64,000 nt of DNA from Lama glama (lineage: Eukaryota): NCBI GenBank assembly GCA_028534125.1, contig CM052818.1, positions 1,366,001-1,430,000 of the forward strand, in the 5' to 3' direction. This document shows, in pieces, positions 52,283-64,000 of the stretch; position 1 is the first letter of the stretch, and each line of letters opens with the position of its first letter. The translations under genes and the position numbers were made by a program. The notes beneath the pieces were generated by a model. It did not search any database. It was given only the letters and a program-made list of their open reading frames with translations, and was not told where the DNA came from.

Positions 52283-53495
52283 CCTACCTTTTAGAGCCTG
52301 CTTTCTGCTTCTGCAAGTTTAAGAGCCCAATGGTTGTTTTAAGGCTCTGAATAGTCAAAGGTTTATTTAATTCAGATTTGTGGGTTTGGGGCATTGTAAT
52401 TACCTCAAAACTTAGCAGGCCTCTGATCTAGTTCTTCCCAATAGGTACCCAATGTTCTTTTTGGAATACAATTTTCAGGAATGATTTTATTTTTTTTCTT
52501 CTCTGTTTGGGGAGGTAGTGGAGTTGGGGGAGTATAGCCCTTGCCTCATATCTTTTTCTTACTTTAATAGCCCTACTTTGAGGCTATATGAAATAATGGA
52601 TAAGGAAACTGTACCTGAATCTTATTTTTGCCTCAGGATTGAGTCACTTGGTTCACCTACAAGTCTTCTTTGGACTTAATTGCTCAAACCTTTACCATCT
52701 TTTTTCTTTTACTATTTGGGATCTATATGTGTTCAGCTTTCTAATGCCCTGAAACCCAAGTTTCTGGACTTGTACGGTTACCTATAAATTCAGTTTGCAA
52801 ATCAGCAAATTCTGTGCTCATCTCTTTTCTCTAATACCTTGCTAAAAGCAGAAAGCAAGTGTCAATCTACACTATAACTCTGTCTCTGCATTCACTTACT
52901 GGGCTACAGGCCCAATAGACATGTGGTGTGCCCTTTCATTTATTACAGCTTCCGCTTTTACTAGCTGCTTTGCCATGATATTACAGGTCTCTCCAGGCTT
53001 TCGGCTTGCTAAATATATGTTCTTGCTGCCTACTACCTCTAAACCAATGCCGTTTACTTTAGGCTTTTTTGTTTACAGCAACCCCATTCTTCCAACACCA
53101 GTATCTGTTTTCTTTAAACAATGCCGCCAGTTGTAATAGCTACATTCTAAAATCTCACCGTAGAAATTTTATTTTTTGCTCACTTGAAGTCCAGAATGGG
53201 TGTTCCTGGTAGGGTAGCTCTTCTTCAAGTGACCGTTAAAGGGATACAGGACTCTTTCAACCTGTGAGTCCGTCACTTCAACATGTGACTTTCAATATTA
53301 TAGCAGTAGGGAAAAGAGTACATAAGGCCTGGAGATTGTTTTTTAATTGACCAGCCTTGTAAGTGATACATATCCCTGCTGCCAACATTGGCCATGGCTC
53401 ACACACTGCAAGTGGAGCTTGGAAATACAGTCTATGTATGTGATCAGGAGAAAGAGGAAATAGATTTGGTGAATAGCTAGCTAGTCTCTGCTACA
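51400..53495 (-). mobile_element. MaLR element with LTR-internal-LTR structure (MLT1J/K-like)
   Basis: Two direct repeats ending tttggtgaatag(c)tagctagtctctg..aca at 51674 and 53495; purine tract ccaaaaggacagac precedes the 3' LTR on the minus strand; (AGCT)n/(ATCT)n microsatellite at about 52213-52287. Confidence 0.65.
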
Positions 53496-54204
53496 ACCTG
53501 CTTTTATATAGCCTAGAAAAATACGTCTCTCCGTGTCTTTTGCCTTTTTCTTCACAATTTCATCTCTGACATTTCTCCCCCATACATTTGCCTTCTAATT
53601 TATTAATCCAGTTTTTAGTATTGTCAGTGCCGCTATTCAGAACTTTATCATCATCATTTTTAGTTCAGCAACCATAGTTTGGCTTTAAAAATGTATTCCT
53701 GTCCTTTAAGAATAAACTTCTAAGTAGCCTTCTTTGGAATCAAATGAGAAAACAGATTTGAAAGTATCACTTAATATTGATAGTTGGTCTGGGCCCTTCT
53801 AGAAGCTATGTAGATGGTTGTGCCTTTTCTTGGCGGACATCTTCCTTTTTCTTCTTCCACTCACCTTATCCTGAGTCGCTGCATTGATCCATGGGTGGGC
53901 TTCGTCCCTGGTACAGAGAAATGATGGAGGCAGTTGGTGGATTGGCTTTCCTTTGGGATATACCAGTCAAAACAAACTCCCAGAAGAACTCCACCCAAAT
54001 TAGTATTTAATGAGCAAACTAGGCTCCAAACTTTTCTCTGAGGTTATAATCTCCACCTATTTGTTGTCCAGTTTTATCAAAAGATACAAAATACTATTTG
54101 AGGATGGTTTGAAGGATAAATAGTTTATCCATTCCTCTGTATTCCAAGTATTATATTGTCTCTGGATAAATCTTTTCAGTAGGAAGCTCTTTGCTTTGAT
54201 TATG

Positions 54205-54749
54205 TGTGGTAGGCAGAATTCTAATAAACTCCCTAGGATTCCTGTCCCCTGATCTGTGCATCCTGTAAAATCCTCTCCCTTGAATGTGTGGACCTGCTAT
54301 ATAAGGTGAACACCTTTAAAAGAGGATCTGGAGGACAGAGGTAAGAGTTAGAGAGATTAAACACTGCAGCAGATGCTCCACTGTTGGTCTTAAAGAAACA
54401 GACCTCCATGTTTTGGAGAGGATCATGTGGCAGGGATCTGTAGGCAGCCTTGAGTTGCTGAGAGCTATCTCCAGCTGACAGCCAGCAAGAAAATGGGGAC
54501 CTGAGTCCTACAACCACAAGAAACAGAACTCTGCCAACAATATAAGTGAACTTAGAAGAGAACCCTGGGCTCCAGATGAAACCGCAGTCCTGACTAACTC
54601 CATGAATTCAGCCTGGTGAGACCTGGAGCGGAAAGCCCAGTGAAAATGTGCTGAACTCCTGACCCATGGAAACTTAGATAATAATTGTGTGTAGTTTTAA
54701 GCCACTAGGTTTGTAGTAATATATTACACAGCAGTAGAAAACTAATACA
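54205..54749 (+). mobile_element. MaLR solo LTR (MLT1E/F-like)
   Basis: TGTGGTAGGCAGAATTCTAA...gacagccagcaagaaaatggggacc...tttaagccactaggtttgt...AACTAATACA. Confidence 0.88.
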
Positions 54750-54953
54750 CTCTATTATTTTGGTCTTGAATAGAAATACTTTTTACTAAACCACGTTTTT
54801 ATTTTGCCTTTGGATCTAGGAAACAACGGTAGTGTCAGTCTGATTTAAATGGTGTCTAGCTAGAAGTCTCTGAGTCTTTCACTTGACTTCCAGTATACCT
54901 GGGAAGCTGCAGAAAGTGTCCAAGTATGAAAGCTAGAATAAAAAGTTCAACCA

Positions 54954-55457
54954 AACAGCCTGAATGTCCATCAACAGGTGACTGGATAAAGAAGATGTGG
55001 TATATTTATACAGTGGAATACTACTCAGCCATAAAACCCGACAACATAACGCCATTTGCAGCAGCATGGATGCTCCTGGAAAATGTCATTCTAAGTGAAG
55101 TAAGCCAGAAAGAGAAAGAAAAATACCATATGAGATCACTCATATGTGGAATCGAAAAACAAATGGACAAACAAAGCATAAATACAGAACAGAAATAGAC
55201 TCATAGACATAGAATACAGACTTGTGGTTGCCAAGGGGTTGGGGGGTGGGAAGAGATAGACTGGGATTTCAAAATTGTAGAATAGATAAACAAGATTATA
55301 CTGTGTAGCACAGGGAAATATATACAAGATCTTACGGTAGCTCACAGAGAAAAGAATGTGACAATGAATATATATATGTTCATGTATAATTGAAACATTG
55401 TGCTCTACACTGGAATTTGACACAACATGATTATAAATCAATAAAAAAATGTTAAAA
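54954..55457 (+). mobile_element. Young lineage-specific L1, 5'-truncated 3' end
   Basis: ORF2 C-terminus (KQPECPSTGDWIKKMWYIYTVEYYSAIK), 3' UTR, AATAAA and A tail; 14-bp TSD AAAAAGTTCAACCA at 54940-54953 and 55458-55471. Confidence 0.93.
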
Positions 55458-58400
55458 AAAAAGTTCAACCATTTGGCAGAATCTGAGGAGGAATCTTAAA
55501 ATTGTCCACTCCACTTTTGATTACAATATGAAAATTTAAGTTAGGAAATTTTATTAAAAAAATCTTCCATGTTCCTATTTAGATATCTTTTTAACATGGT
55601 ATTGGATCAAAAAGCATTTAGTGGACCCACCTGTGGGTTCTGCCATGGGAAGTAGAGCCGTCTTTAAAGCAAGTAGAAATACTGTCCCTTTTAATCCTAT
55701 CCCATATTCTATGTTGATATTCTTAACAGTGGGCTTCCAAACTATGGTGTATATCTTATTTTGGAACAATCAGTTTAGCTTGAACTGATTTTATAAAAAA
55801 TGTCTGAACTAGTTCTTTGTTAATTGTCTGCTGTTTTCTAGTTCTCCTTTTGAAATTGATTTTTGTAATCCACTTGTTATGGAATTGATTTGTGCAGGAG
55901 GGAAGCTCTGTATTTCTTATTTTGATTCGTTTGCCTTGGGCTTTGTGGGACTAAATAACATTTGTAATGTAAACATTCTTGGCTAGGTTGATTTCTATGT
56001 CAGACCCTTTAACAAAGGGAAAGATTTATTTACTTTTAAAATTCTAACTTGGCTTTGCCAAATTATATGGGTTATATGCTTAGAAGAGGAACTGGTTGCC
56101 TCATAAAAGAAATTGAAGGCTCCCACGCAGTCTTCCTTTGGCAACTGGTTTTAAAGAAACGGATCCCTGGGTGAGATTAGTTGCCACCATGGTTCTTTCA
56201 ATCCTTGACTTTCTTTGGTTAAGTTTTGACTAGAGCAAAATGTGCTCTTTTATTTAACGTGCAGAACATCTTTTAACTTAGATCAGGCATAGTACTACCA
56301 GCTGAGTTCAGGCCATGTAATCACTGCCCTGTAAAAGCAGTATTGCTGTCACACGTTTTTTTTTGATGGTTTCGCTGAAAAACTTCCACAGGTTGGAGTC
56401 AGAGAATTTTTGTGCTCACTTGGTTTGGTGTTTCTGGATTTACCTTACATTCTCTTTTCTTCTTGATTTTGATGTTTATAAAATAAATTTGTCTTATCTC
56501 CTGCTTCTTACCCTCTGATGATATGGCTGGCCTGGGTGTAAGGTGGGGGAATGTGAGAGCTGTTTTATAGGATTCTTGAAGTAGGCAACAATCAGAATAG
56601 CGTATGATAGATGGTACAACTTCAGAATCTGAAGAGGGTAGTAGAGATTTGGTTTACTGTTAAGTAATATGATAGATTTGCCATTTGCTGGCTGCATGAC
56701 AGTGGGCAAGTTACTAAACATCACATTTATTCTCCACAGCTCTATCAAGTTGGAATTTGTAGTCTTCTTTTCAAAGCTGTGGAAACATTTAGGGAAATCA
56801 AGTACTTTGTTCAGTCTCAAACTTATAAAAATGTTAAATTAAAAAAAAAAACCTATCCTAGATGAATGGTGAATGTAAATAGATTCTGAGTATGGAGACG
56901 GAGAAGATTAAAATTAGAGTTAGACTTGATGACTGAAACACTTTTATTCTTAAAATTTAATTTTCTGTGACAGTTTTCAGCCTTGAATTAAATCTCATTT
57001 TTAAACATTTTCTTCTCCTTACCATAAAAATTATTTTTTATATGCTTCCAAAATATTTTGCACCTAATTTCAATTAAAAAGACGACCATTAAGTTGAAAA
57101 GATCAGTAACCCTTTATTCATATTGAGTGAAAGAAGAAAGATAGTTTATTCTTTAAATATAATTTGAGGACATTATTGCAGTTTGGTTTTGAGCTTCCTA
57201 TTCTTCAGGGTGAAAAGGAAACTATATGGTGTGTGTATATATAATAAACATAATATTTATTTGCTTTGACTAAGCAGAGCATACTAGCTTATTAGGAGAA
57301 ATTTTCCTGTTATTAAACTGTAAGAGAAAATTGTCATATGGATTCTCAGTATAGTTTGTGAACATGGCTTTGAGGTGTGATCATCCTAAAATAGACCATT
57401 GCTTTAGAGGAACAGCAGCTATTACAATACTTACACCATCTCTCACAAATATAGTACATACATATATATATATGTTTTAGTTATTTTAAGATTAAATTCT
57501 TTTGCGCATACTCCTTTTATTGAGCCTTGGCTTGTACTAGAGAGCAACAATATTTAATCTGGTACAATATGGTATCATAAGAATAAACTGATGAGTAGAA
57601 CAGATTACAAGTAAAGAAATTGACCCCCAGAATAGTATAAGAATTTAATGACTGATAAAGATAGTATCACATGAGAGGCAAAGACACACAGAAATTAGTG
57701 TTATGCCACAAAGGTGTAAAATAACTTTTCTTCAGTAAACCTTTTATGTGGAAAGGTCAGCACAGTGCATGAGAATACCATCCTTCTGTCATTGTGTGGA
57801 GGGATCTGATGGGTTCAGCTTTGCTGTGCAAACAGCAAGACGTGCCTCAGGAGAAAGACCCTGCTCTGATATGATTAAGAGGGAGGATGGGAGAAGGGCA
57901 AGAACATCTAGTCATTATGAACTAAGTGGATCCTTGCTGGTCAGAGAAATGACTTAGCTAGGAGAATTCTCATATCAGTGCCACTTATATTAGCTAAAGA
58001 GACCTAGTATTCTTCAGGTGAGCTAACTCAGTCTTACTGAACCAACCCATTGCTAAGCTCTGAGAATGGGGAAGGTAGAGAGCCACTGGGCTCCCCCGAA
58101 GGTGACATCTCATAGCAGTGGGGAGCACCATTCTTATGATTGCTGCTCTACTTATCTGTTTTCCCCACCAGTTTATGGTCTCCGTAAAGGCAGAGGTATG
58201 ATTTTTATCTTTATATCTTTAGCACCTTACTAGTGTAATACTTGATCATGGTAGATAGTTAACAAATCAATTAATGACTATTAATTGTGTATTTAATTAA
58301 ATTTAATGTAAATGCACTTTAAGATTTTTCAGGAAGCCATCTTTTAAAAAAATATTCTAAGGTATATGCTCTTAGTTTCCAATTATATTCATAAGTGAAT

Positions 58401-58524
58401 GAAAATATCTAAAATTGATTTTTGAATGGATTTTGAACCTATCCGAAAGTACTGTAGAGGTGCTAAGAAGTGATTAAATTAACTTCTTCTTTCTTTTTTA
58501 AAATTTTAAATAGATTTTATTATT

Positions 58525-59316
58525 ATTATTATTGTTTTTTAAACATTTTTATTGAGTTATAATGATTTTATAATGTTGTGTCAAATTCCAGTGTAGAGCA
58601 CAATTTTTCAGTTATACATGAACATATGTATATTCCTTGTCACATTCTTTACCACTGTAAGCTACCACAAGATCTTGTATATATTTCCCTGTACTATACA
58701 GTATAATCTTGTTTATCTATTCTACAATTTTGAAATCCCAGTCTGTCCCTTCCCATCCCCCTCCCCCTTGGCAACCACAAGTTTGTATTCTATGTCTATG
58801 AGTCTGTTTCTGTTATTTATTTATTTATTTTATTTTATTTTATTTTATTTTTTAGATTCTACATGTGAGTGATCTCATATGGTATTTTTCTTCCTCTTTC
58901 TGGCTTACTTCACCTAGAATGACATTCTCCAGGCACATCCATGTTGCTGCAAATGGCGTTATGTTGTTGGTTTTATGGCTGAATAGTATTCCACTGTATA
59001 AATATACCACATCTTCTTTATCCAGTCATCTGTCGATGGACATTTCGGCTGTTTCCAGTCTTGGTTATTGTAAATAGTGCTGCTATGAACATTGCGGGGG
59101 GGGGGGCAGGTGTCATCCTGAAGTAGGGTTCCTTCTGAATATCTGCCCAGGAGCAGGATTACTGGGTCATATGGTAAGTCTATTCCTAGTCTTTTGAGGA
59201 ATCTCCATACTGTTTTCCAGTGGCTGCACCAAACTGCATTCCCACCAGCAGTGTAGGAGGGTTCCCTTTTCTCCACAGCCTCTCCAGCATTTGTCATTAG
59301 TGGATTTTTGAATGAT
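58525..59316 (-). mobile_element. Young lineage-specific L1, 5'-truncated, same family as 54954-55457
   Basis: ORF2 C-terminus on minus strand (KQPKCPSTDDWIKKMWYIYTVEYYSAIK); 14-bp TSD TAGATTTTATTATT at 58511-58524 and 59317-59330. Confidence 0.92.
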
Positions 59317-59330
59317 TAGATTTTATTATT

Positions 59331-59832
59331 TTAGAGAAGTTTCAGGTTCACAACAGAATTGAGGAGAAAATACAGAGTTCACACATAGCCCTTCCCACCC
59401 ACACATATATACTCCACTACCCTCAACATCCCTCATCAGTGAGACATATTTGGTACAATTGATGAAACAACATGGGCATATTATCAACCAAAGTCCATAG
59501 TTTACATTAAGGTTCACTCTTGATGTTGTACATTCTATGGGCTTTGACAAATGCAGAATGACATGTAGCCACCACCATAGTATCATACAGAATAATTTCA
59601 TTGCCCGAAAAATCCCTTGTGCTCTATCTAGTCATTCCTCCCTCCCTCCCTCTCCCCAAACCCCTGGAAACCATGATCTTTTTATTATTTCTGTAGCTGT
59701 GCCTTTTCCAGAATGTCATTTGGTTGGAATTGTACAGTTTGTAGCCTTTTCAGACTGGCTTCTTTCATTTAGTAATATGTCTTTTAAGTTTCTTCTAAGT
59801 CTTTCATGGCTTGATAGATCTTTTTTATTTTA
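59331..59832 (-). mobile_element. Ancient L1 (L1MC-like) 3' UTR whose tail region received the young L1
   Basis: caggttcacaacagaattgag...ccaaagtccatagtttacattaaggttcactctt...ccttttccagaatgtcat. Confidence 0.8.
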
Positions 59833-59945
59833 ACTGCACATATATTTTTTAACTTATATGTATGTACTGTTCATTGTTTCTAAGAATGTTTAGAGCTTTA
59901 GCTTTTTTAAAAAATTTATTTTATTGAGTTATAGTCAGTTTACAA

Positions 59946-60867
59946 CTATAAAACAATGATTAAGGAAATTAAAGAAGACTTTAAAAAATGTAAAGATATC
60001 CCATGCTCCTGCATTGGTAGAATCGATATGGTTAAAATGGTCATACTGCCCAAGGCAATCTACAGATTTAATGCAATCCCTATCAAATTACCCTGGACAG
60101 ATTTCACAGAACTAGAACAAATCATAATAAAATTTATATGGAATCACAAAAGACCTAGAATTGCCAAAGCATTCCTGAAGAAAAAGAAAGAGGCTGGAGG
60201 AATAACCCTCCCAGACTTCAGATGATACTACAGAGATACAGTAATCAAAACAGCATGGTATTGGTACAAAAACAGACATATGGACCAATGGAACAGAATA
60301 GAGAGCCCAGAAATGAACCCACAAACTTTTGGTCAACAAATCTTCAACAAAAGGAGGCAAGAACATACAATGGAATAAAGACAGTCTCTTCAGCAAATGG
60401 TGTTGGGATAATTGGACAGCAGCATGTAAATCAGTGAAGCTAGAACACTCCCTCACACCATACACAAAAATAAACTCAAAATGGATCAAAGACCTAAACA
60501 TAAGACAAGATACAATAAACCTCCTAGAAGAAAACCTAGGCAAAACATTATCTGACATGTATCTCGAAAATGTTCTCCTAAGGCAGTCTATCCAAGCAAT
60601 AGAAATAAAAGCAAGAATAAACAAATGGGACCTAATTAAACTTACAAGCTTCTGCACAGCAAAGGAAACCATAAACAAAACAAAGTGACAACCTATGGAA
60701 TGGGAGAAAATTTTTGCAAAAGATGAAACTGACAAAGGCTTGATCTCCAGAATATATAAGCAGCTCATATGACTTAATAAGGAAAAAATAAACAACCCAA
60801 TCCAAAAATGGGCAGAAGACCTAAACAAGCAATTCTCCAAGGAAGACATACAAATGATCAATAGGCA
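59946..60867 (+). mobile_element. L1 ORF2 fragment (post-RT region), disrupted by stops and a frameshift; preceded by a short antisense L1 tail
   Basis: ORFs 59956..60225 ([11 protein letters not shown]...[16 protein letters not shown]...AGGITLPDF) and 60329..60688 ([12 protein letters not shown]...[16 protein letters not shown]). Confidence 0.95.
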
Positions 60868-61367
60868 NNNNNNNNNNNNNNNNNNNNNNNNNNNNNNNNN
60901 NNNNNNNNNNNNNNNNNNNNNNNNNNNNNNNNNNNNNNNNNNNNNNNNNNNNNNNNNNNNNNNNNNNNNNNNNNNNNNNNNNNNNNNNNNNNNNNNNNNN
61001 NNNNNNNNNNNNNNNNNNNNNNNNNNNNNNNNNNNNNNNNNNNNNNNNNNNNNNNNNNNNNNNNNNNNNNNNNNNNNNNNNNNNNNNNNNNNNNNNNNNN
61101 NNNNNNNNNNNNNNNNNNNNNNNNNNNNNNNNNNNNNNNNNNNNNNNNNNNNNNNNNNNNNNNNNNNNNNNNNNNNNNNNNNNNNNNNNNNNNNNNNNNN
61201 NNNNNNNNNNNNNNNNNNNNNNNNNNNNNNNNNNNNNNNNNNNNNNNNNNNNNNNNNNNNNNNNNNNNNNNNNNNNNNNNNNNNNNNNNNNNNNNNNNNN
61301 NNNNNNNNNNNNNNNNNNNNNNNNNNNNNNNNNNNNNNNNNNNNNNNNNNNNNNNNNNNNNNNNNNN
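60868..61367. other. Assembly gap, 500 N
   Basis: Exactly 500 N, suggesting a placeholder size. Confidence 0.99.
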
Positions 61368-61554
61368 CCCTTTCTCCACAGCCTCTCCAGCATTTGTCAT
61401 TTTTGGATTTTTGAATGACGGCCATTCTGACTGGTGTGAGGTGATACCTCATTGTAGTTTTGATTTGCATTTCTCTGATAATTAGTGATACTGAGCATTT
61501 TTTCGTGTGCTTTTTGATCATTTGTATGTCTTCCTTGGAGAATTGGTTGTTTAG
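61368..61554 (-). mobile_element. L1 ORF2 C-terminal zinc-knuckle region fragment
   Basis: Minus strand [50 protein letters not shown]. Confidence 0.93.
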
Positions 61555-61574
61555 TATATCCCTTTAGATCTTAC

Positions 61575-61782
61575 CTTTTCTGTGTGTGCCTCCTGAACTT
61601 CCAGTTGCCAGCACCTGCATTTCTTTGCCTAAAGGCTTTCTTTGGGTGCCAGAAATAGCGAATTAATGCCCCTCACTTCTTCACGTCCCTACCGTCCTTC
61701 CTGGGGTCCTCTCCCAAATAAATTCCTTGGATGGAAATCTTTGTCTCAGGTTCTCCTTCTGGGGAAACTTAAAATAAGACAG
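61575..61782 (+). mobile_element. LTR16-like (ERVL) fragment
   Basis: ttccagttgccagcacctgcatttctttgcct...cccaaataaa...tgtctcaggttctccttctgggga...taagaca. Confidence 0.55.
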
Positions 61783-64000
61783 TAATCAGTAGCATTGAGA
61801 AGTCTGGACCCTATTTCTGTACATACTCAGCAATAAATGTGGGTTTCTAGTGGATACAAGACAAAGTATACTTACATAATCACCTTCAACTCCCACTGAA
61901 GTTATTCCCTCACCTCCTCCTTCCAGAAGGTGATCTGGATAGACAGTTTCTTTGGGGAGAAACTTCCTTTGTCAGTATCTTTTGGTGCTTTTTTTTTTTT
62001 TTTTGACTGGTCAAATTACCCCAAGTAGGCTCTTCTAGAATCCTTCTTGCCTGCCAGCATTTTAAGGAATCTAAGTGGGAGAAAAAGATTGGGATCTCAG
62101 CATTTAGTATGTAAACTCTCTTGCTTAATCTCATTTTCAGAATGATACTTACGTTCTCAATTGTGACAGCTATCTCCCAGTCCATAGACTTTCTGGCTTT
62201 TTGCTGTGGTGAGTGAAGGATAGATAGGTGGTGCCCAGGTGAAGTTAGAAAGGGAAATCTAAGGGTCTGACTGCTTCTTAAGCAACTTTCAACTAAGCCC
62301 GTTGAAGCTTCATTGTCTCCTCTCCCTTCCCGGAGACACCTAGTGCTACTGATACGGGGCAAGTCACGCTGCCACTTGGCTTTCCCCACTACTTGCTTTG
62401 TCTGGTTACCAGCTGGGTCCTCTGCTTTCCAGCTTTTAACATTTTGTTGCTGTTGGTCCTTCTGTACTTTTTGATTTTTGTGGGTGTATGCCTTTTTAAA
62501 AAGAGGTTGTTTAGCTTTATTTTAGTGGAGTTTTGAGGAAGGAGTTTAGCTCAATCTGCCATCTTTCACTTGAAGTCATAAGTTAGTTTTCACCTAAAGA
62601 AAACATGGTAAAAGAAGGCCGTACAGCAGCAGTACTGAATAAATGGTAAGTAGCATGTACTAGTGCCTCAGTAGTTAACAATTTTTGTACTTCTGAGTAT
62701 TTAAGGAAAAAACATTCCAAGTGATTATTTCTTTTCAGACCATTCATAAATAATATTGACGAAGAAAAACATAGAAGTGAAAGTTGGGGGAAAAACTACG
62801 ATCTTATGATTTTACCGTGCGTGGGATATGTATTCCCTGTTTGTGTAGGATATTTGTTCTGAGCATCATGGTTTGGGGTGTAAGTACAATTCATATGCAT
62901 TGTATAGGGCCTCTTCTTTTATAGTGGGGAGAAAGAAGACTGCAGGAACCGTACCTGTTCCCTGTTGCTTATATGAGGAGTTCAAAGTCTTTAAACATGA
63001 ATAACTTAGAAAGTGTGGTTAATTTTATTGATGGGGTGAGTAAAGAATTCAGAATCTTGCTTATGATTATACAGAGAAGTCTCGAAACAGAACACTAATC
63101 CTTCATTTCTGAAACCTGCACTTTTCAGATACTACTTGGCAAAAAAATTTGTGCCTTATTCATAAATTGTTTTACTTCAGTGGGATTATCAGATCATAAT
63201 TGTACATTCTAAGGTACCTATTGAAAAAAGTGATTTTTCACTAAGAGACTATCTCCCATCTCTCATGGTATTTTCTGTTTCATTCTATCATAAGCCTTAT
63301 TAACTCAGTAAATTCTGTACATGGCATATTAGTTAAGTTACAGAATTCTTTGGGTGGTTTTTCTATCATGACTCTAGCCTCTTAGATGTAAAAGGCTGGG
63401 CCTACCTAAGGAAAGCTGCTTTCTACAACTTCAGACTTCATGTACGCTGGAACTTAAAAGAAAAGCTCTTGGCTGAGCTTGAATGCTTAGCACTAAGTGG
63501 TTTTCCCTGTCTGGAGAAAATTGGAAAAAGGGAATTATTAAGCCCAGCAAATGTAGTTGTTGATGGAAATGCTGACAGGCTGGTCCTGCTTGGTGCCACT
63601 GTTGTAAGAAGTCAATCAACATTAGATGTATCGTAAGAGCTGCTGCTTATGTACAAGTTGTGTCGTGTAGACCTTGTCACATATAAATAAACCCCTTCAA
63701 AAAATGTTAAGTGATTTCCATAAAAAACATTTATTTTGTTCTCCTCCTTAAGCCAAGTTCTTGTTGTTTATGGCTTCCTGTACCCAACAGTTCCTGATTG
63801 TCTCAAAAAGCAAAACATGTCCTGTGTGGATTAAGCTGCTGAAATGCCTTTCAGGCATTGTTTATGAGTCTGCCCTCTTTATTTTCAGAGAGAAAGTGAA
63901 TACTTTAATGTCTTCCATATTCCATAAATCTGTCCCATGCTGCAATTCAAAGCTGTGTGTGTTTTTGTTAGAAGGTACTTCTGGTTGTACTTAGGGAAGA

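Noticed and set aside
58005..58023. Possible recursive splice sites (ttcttcAG|GTGAGC here; also ccAG|GTATGT at about 14004)
   Set aside because: Pyrimidine tracts are short and such motifs are expected by chance; cannot be supported without nascent RNA data.
60112..61521. 469-aa and other long ORFs spanning 60821-61521
   Set aside because: Artefacts of translating through 500 N; the flanks are L1 sequence.
61910..62389. 159-aa minus-strand ORF
   Set aside because: No domain resemblance, includes a poly-Lys run from a T tract; treated as a chance ORF.

Overview
AT-rich, repeat-dense mammalian genomic DNA, probably a camelid (inferred from Vic-1-like tRNA-derived SINEs and the young L1 3' ends). 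The whole window lies inside one + strand gene, EXOC6B (exocyst subunit Sec15B). Five coding exons (31095-31260, 35964-36011, 37738-37828, 37941-37986, 49304-49508; exons 2-6 by human numbering recalled from memory) splice GT-AG into an uninterrupted frame. The rest is intron filled with L1, L2, MIR, MaLR/ERV LTRs, hAT-type DNA transposons, SINEs and microsatellites, plus a 500-N gap. Apart from L1 ORF2 remnants and one ORF overlapping exon 4, the supplied ORF track is noise. I found no convincing new protein-coding system. The best leads are phase-symmetric exon blocks that would give stop-free circular RNAs, an in-frame internal donor in exon 6, a candidate poison exon, an orphan polyadenylated retro-insertion sharing its target site with a SINE, a 62-bp templated insertion, and an inverted L1 arrangement around the gap. 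Repeat subfamily names come from pattern recognition and old-repeat boundaries are approximate.
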